Part shown: one piece after another, positions 33,908-36,652 of the stretch
How the letters are laid out: the number at the start of each line of letters is the position of its first letter
Position numbering within the stretch: the stretch's first letter is position 1
Source of the DNA: Burkholderiales bacterium
GTDB lineage: Bacteria > Pseudomonadota > Gammaproteobacteria > Burkholderiales > SG8-39
Assembly: GCA_036518595.1 (NCBI GenBank)
Contig: DATDMW010000251.1
Location: 1 to 36,652 of the forward strand
Direction of reading: 5' to 3'
Length of the DNA: 36,652 bases
Notes under the pieces: generated by a model
What the model was told of the DNA's origin: nothing
The model's database searches: none
What the model saw: the letters and a program-made list of their open reading frames with translations, nothing else
Position numbers and translations under genes: made by a program

Positions 33908-34855
33908 ATGCCTCAACAAGCCAACCAGCCGCTGCCGAACGGTTACCTGCTCCAGAACTATCGCATCGCCAGCGTGCTCTCGTGCGGGGGCTTCTCGATC
34001 GTCTACCTGGCCTACGACGAGAACGACCAGCCGGTCGCGATCAAGGAATACCTGCCGAGCCAGCTCGCGCTGAGGAAGGAGGGCGACGCGCTGCCGTCCA
34101 TCTCGGACGACAACCTCGCGACCTTCCGCTACGGGATGAAGTGCTTCTTCGAGGAAGGCCGCTCGCTCGCGCGCCTGTCGCACCCGAACGTGGTGCGAGT
34201 GCTGAACTTCTTCCGCGCGAACGAGACGGTGTACATGGTGATGCGCTACGAGCGCGGCCGCACGCTCCAGGAGCATATCCAGGCGCGCCGGGGCTCGATC
34301 AAGGAGAACTTCATCCGGCACGTGTTCGCGCTGCTCCTGAACGGGCTGCGCGAGGTGCACTCCAACAAGCTGCTGCACCTTGACATCAAGCCGGCGAACA
34401 TCTACATCCGGAACGACGGCAGCCCCGTCCTCATCGATTTCGGGGCCGCGCGCCAGACGCTCGCAGAGGAAGGCTTGAAGCTCAACCCCATGTACACGCC
34501 GGGCTTCGCGCCGCCCGAGCAGTACCGCAACCGCGAGCTGCTCGGGCCCTGGAGCGACGTGTACGCCATCGGCGCGAGCATGTTCGCGTGCCTCGCCGGC
34601 GTCGCCCCGCAGGCCGCGGACCAGCGCCTGGAGAAGGACCGCTATGTGTCGGCGACGAAGACCTGGCCCGGCAAGTACTCGCGCCACCTGCTCGAGACGA
34701 TCGACTGGTGCCTGGAGCTCGACCACCTCAACCGGCCGCAGAGCGTGTTCGCGCTGCAGAAGGTGCTGCTGCGCGAGAAGGAACCCGAGGTCAGGCGCAA
34801 GCGCTCGCTCGTCGACCACGTGCGCGGCGCGTTCCTGAAGATCGCCCGGCGATGA
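33908..34855 (+). CDS. Hanks-type Ser/Thr protein kinase, catalytic domain only
   Basis: Gly loop [15 protein letters not shown] lysine, catalytic loop HLDIKPANI (non-RD), [15 protein letters not shown]. Confidence 0.85.
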   Translation: MPQQANQPLPNGYLLQNYRIASVLSCGGFSIVYLAYDENDQPVAIKEYLPSQLALRKEGDALPSISDDNLATFRYGMKCFFEEGRSLARLSHPNVVRVLNFFRANETVYMVMRYERGRTLQEHIQARRGSIKENFIRHVFALLLNGLREVHSNKLLHLDIKPANIYIRNDGSPVLIDFGAARQTLAEEGLKLNPMYTPGFAPPEQYRNRELLGPWSDVYAIGASMFACLAGVAPQAADQRLEKDRYVSATKTWPGKYSRHLLETIDWCLELDHLNRPQSVFALQKVLLREKEPEVRRKRSLVDHVRGAFLKIARR

Positions 34856-35766
34856 AGTTCTCCATCTACCAGGAAAGCCGCAAAGGCGGGCGCAAGGCGA
34901 ACCAGGACCGCATCGGCTACAGCTATACGCGCGATTCGCTGCTCATGATGCTCGCCGACGGCATGGGCGGGCACCTGCACGGGGAGGTCGCATCGCAGAT
35001 CGCGGTGCAGTTCCTCACCGAGGCGTTCCAGCGCGAGGCGCGGCCTCGACTCGCCGATCCCCTGCAGTTCCTGTCGAAGAGCATCGTCAACGCGCACCAC
35101 GCGCTGGTCGACTACGCCAAGGTGCGGCAGCTCACCGACACGCCGCGCACGACCTGCGTGGCTTGTGTCGTGCAGGAAGGCATCGCCTACTGGGCGCACG
35201 TCGGCGACTCGCGCCTGTACCACCTGCGCGAGGGCAAGATCCAGGCGCAGACGCGCGACCACTCGCGCGTGCAGATGCTGGTCGACTCCGGCCGCATCCG
35301 CGAGGAGGCGGTCTCCGCGCACCCCGACCGCAACAAGATCTTCAACTGCCTGGGCGCGCACACTCCGCCGCAGGTCGAGCTCTCGCACAAGACGGTGCTG
35401 CGCACCGGCGACACGCTGCTTCTGTGCAGCGACGGCTTGTGGGGGCCGCTCTCGGGCAAGATCATCGCCGCGGCCCTGCTCACCGGCGACGTCCTGCATG
35501 CCGTGCCCGAGCTGCTGACGCAGGCCGAGCAGCGCGCCGGCAAGGATGCGGACAACCTCTCCGTCGTCGCGATGAACTGGACCGACAGCGTCCAGGTGCA
35601 ATCGCCCGGCGAGGTGTCGACGCAGACGCTCGAGCTCGACGCCGTGATCACCCAGGTCGAGGACTTCAAGAAGGAAGATCACAGCGATCTCACCGACGAG
35701 GAGATCGAGCGCGCGATCGGGGAAATCCGCGACGCCATCCGCAAGCACTCACCGCAGAAGCCATGA
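34852..35766 (+). CDS. PP2C-family Ser/Thr protein phosphatase
   Basis: The ATG overlaps the kinase stop (ATGA). Contains [31 protein letters not shown] and DNLSVVAM. Confidence 0.85.
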   Translation: MKFSIYQESRKGGRKANQDRIGYSYTRDSLLMMLADGMGGHLHGEVASQIAVQFLTEAFQREARPRLADPLQFLSKSIVNAHHALVDYAKVRQLTDTPRTTCVACVVQEGIAYWAHVGDSRLYHLREGKIQAQTRDHSRVQMLVDSGRIREEAVSAHPDRNKIFNCLGAHTPPQVELSHKTVLRTGDTLLLCSDGLWGPLSGKIIAAALLTGDVLHAVPELLTQAEQRAGKDADNLSVVAMNWTDSVQVQSPGEVSTQTLELDAVITQVEDFKKEDHSDLTDEEIERAIGEIRDAIRKHSPQKP

Positions 35767-36485
35767 GCACGCGTCCATCCCAACGCCGTCCCGACGAGCT
35801 GCGCGCCGTGTCGCTGCGACGCGCCTACACGCGCCACGCCGAGGGCTCGGTCCTCGTCGAGTTCGGCGACACGCGCGTGCTGTGCACCGCGAGCGTCGAG
35901 GAGAAGGTCCCCCCCTTCCTCCGCGACCGCGGACAGGGCTGGGTCACCGCCGAATACGGCATGCTGCCGCGCTCGACGCACACGCGCACCGACCGCGAGG
36001 CGGCGCGCGGCCGGCAGTCGGGCCGCACGCTCGAGATCCAGCGATTGATCGGCCGCAGCCTGCGCGCGGTGACCGACCTCGAGCTCCTCGGCGAGCGCAC
36101 GATCACGGTCGATTGCGACGTGATCCAGGCCGACGGCGGCACGCGCACCGCCGCGATCACGGGTGGCTGCGTCGCGCTGTACGATGCGCTGTCGACGCTG
36201 GAGCAGCGCGGCCTGGTCAAGGCCCATCCGGCGCGCGATTTCGTCGCCGCGGTGTCGGTCGGCGTCTACGACGGCGTGCCGGTGCTCGATCTCGACTACG
36301 CCGAGGATTCGGCCTGCGACACCGACATGAACGTCGTGATGACCGGCTCGGGCGGCTTCGTCGAGGTGCAGGGCACCGCCGAGGGCGCGCCCTTCACGCG
36401 CGCGCAGCTCGATGCGCTGCTCGAGCTCGCGCGCGCCGGCATCGCCCAGCTCGTGGCGCGGCAGAAGCAGGCGCTGGGCGTCTGA
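35763..36485 (+). CDS. rph: Ribonuclease PH
   Basis: The ATG overlaps the phosphatase stop (ATGA). Contains [55 protein letters not shown] and [14 protein letters not shown]. Confidence 0.95.
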   Translation: MSTRPSQRRPDELRAVSLRRAYTRHAEGSVLVEFGDTRVLCTASVEEKVPPFLRDRGQGWVTAEYGMLPRSTHTRTDREAARGRQSGRTLEIQRLIGRSLRAVTDLELLGERTITVDCDVIQADGGTRTAAITGGCVALYDALSTLEQRGLVKAHPARDFVAAVSVGVYDGVPVLDLDYAEDSACDTDMNVVMTGSGGFVEVQGTAEGAPFTRAQLDALLELARAGIAQLVARQKQALGV

Positions 36486-36520
36486 GCGGGCGGTCGCCGC
36501 CGCCGCGATAAAATGTCGCG

Positions 36521-36652
36521 GTGAAGAAGCTCGTCCTGGCCTCGTCCAACCCCGGCAAGCTGCGCGAGATCGAGGCGCTGCTGGCGCCGCTCGGCGTCGA
36601 AGTAGTCCCGCAATCGCGGCTCGGCATCGGCGACGCCGAGGAGCCGCACGCG
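36521..36652 (+). CDS. rdgB: Non-canonical purine NTP pyrophosphatase RdgB/HAM1 (partial, runs off the window)
   Basis: GTG start. VKKLVLASSNPGKLREIEALLAPLGVEVVPQSRLGIGDAEE matches the RdgB N terminus (from memory, E. coli VVLATGNVGKVRE). Confidence 0.8.
   Translation, partial: MKKLVLASSNPGKLREIEALLAPLGVEVVPQSRLGIGDAEEPHA

Noticed and set aside
33908-35766. Kinase/PP2C pair as a phage-defence or toxin-type module
   Set aside because: The context is core housekeeping (yicC, gmk, rpoZ, spoT, rph, rdgB). There are no nuclease, helicase, NTPase, effector or mobile-element neighbours, and the pair is translationally chained to rph.
1-36652. Search for CRISPR arrays, tRNA/rRNA genes, IS elements, integrases, long direct or inverted repeats and prophage genes
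   Set aside because: I saw none. The intergenic regions are all 180 nt or shorter and hold only short hairpins. The paralogs (three Bug, two PrpD, two FtsX) are divergent at the protein level and are not recent DNA repeats.

Overview
Very GC-rich bacterial chromosomal DNA (G+C judged by eye, not computed). The gene content points to a betaproteobacterium of the Burkholderiales type: there are three Bug/TctC-family tripartite tricarboxylate binding proteins but only one TctBA permease. I call about 42 tightly packed protein genes. I found no rRNA, tRNA, CRISPR array, transposase or integrase.

Left to right:
- A cytoplasmic LVIVD beta-propeller protein.
- A two-gene operon of orphan binding proteins (Bug plus ModA-like).
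- A six-gene translationally coupled operon: PrpD-like, VOC, TctB, TctA, TctC, PrpD-like.
- A stand-alone pal-like lipoprotein with a clean intrinsic terminator.
- A MASE2-PAS-PAS sensor with no output domain.
- A dienelactone hydrolase.
- A roughly 7.8 kb, ten-gene minus-strand operon: Liv-type ABC importer, a 67-aa membrane protein, Rieske dioxygenase alpha and beta subunits, and an exported MBL-fold hydrolase.
- A porin-like outer membrane protein, then a periplasmic adaptor, an ABC ATPase and two FtsX-type permeases.
- A pcaD-like gene, a Rieske ferredoxin and a Bug protein in one operon.
- An AI-2E transporter and galE.
- The conserved housekeeping block spoT-rpoZ-gmk-yicC, transcribed divergently from a eukaryote-like Ser/Thr kinase and PP2C phosphatase pair that is translationally chained to rph, followed by rdgB.

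Nothing here resembles a known defence island or mobile element. The most unusual observations are:
- a sigma-70 region-3-like segment inside the LVIVD propeller;
- a Lys/Ala histone-like tail on the VOC enzyme;
- the output-less MASE2-PAS protein behind a sigma-54-like motif;
- the mixed-compartment ABC/Rieske/MBL operon with its small membrane protein;
- the kinase/phosphatase pair wired into the spoT/rph locus;
- the absence of any classical transcription factor across 36 kb.

All functional calls rest on motif and family recognition by eye. No database search was run.
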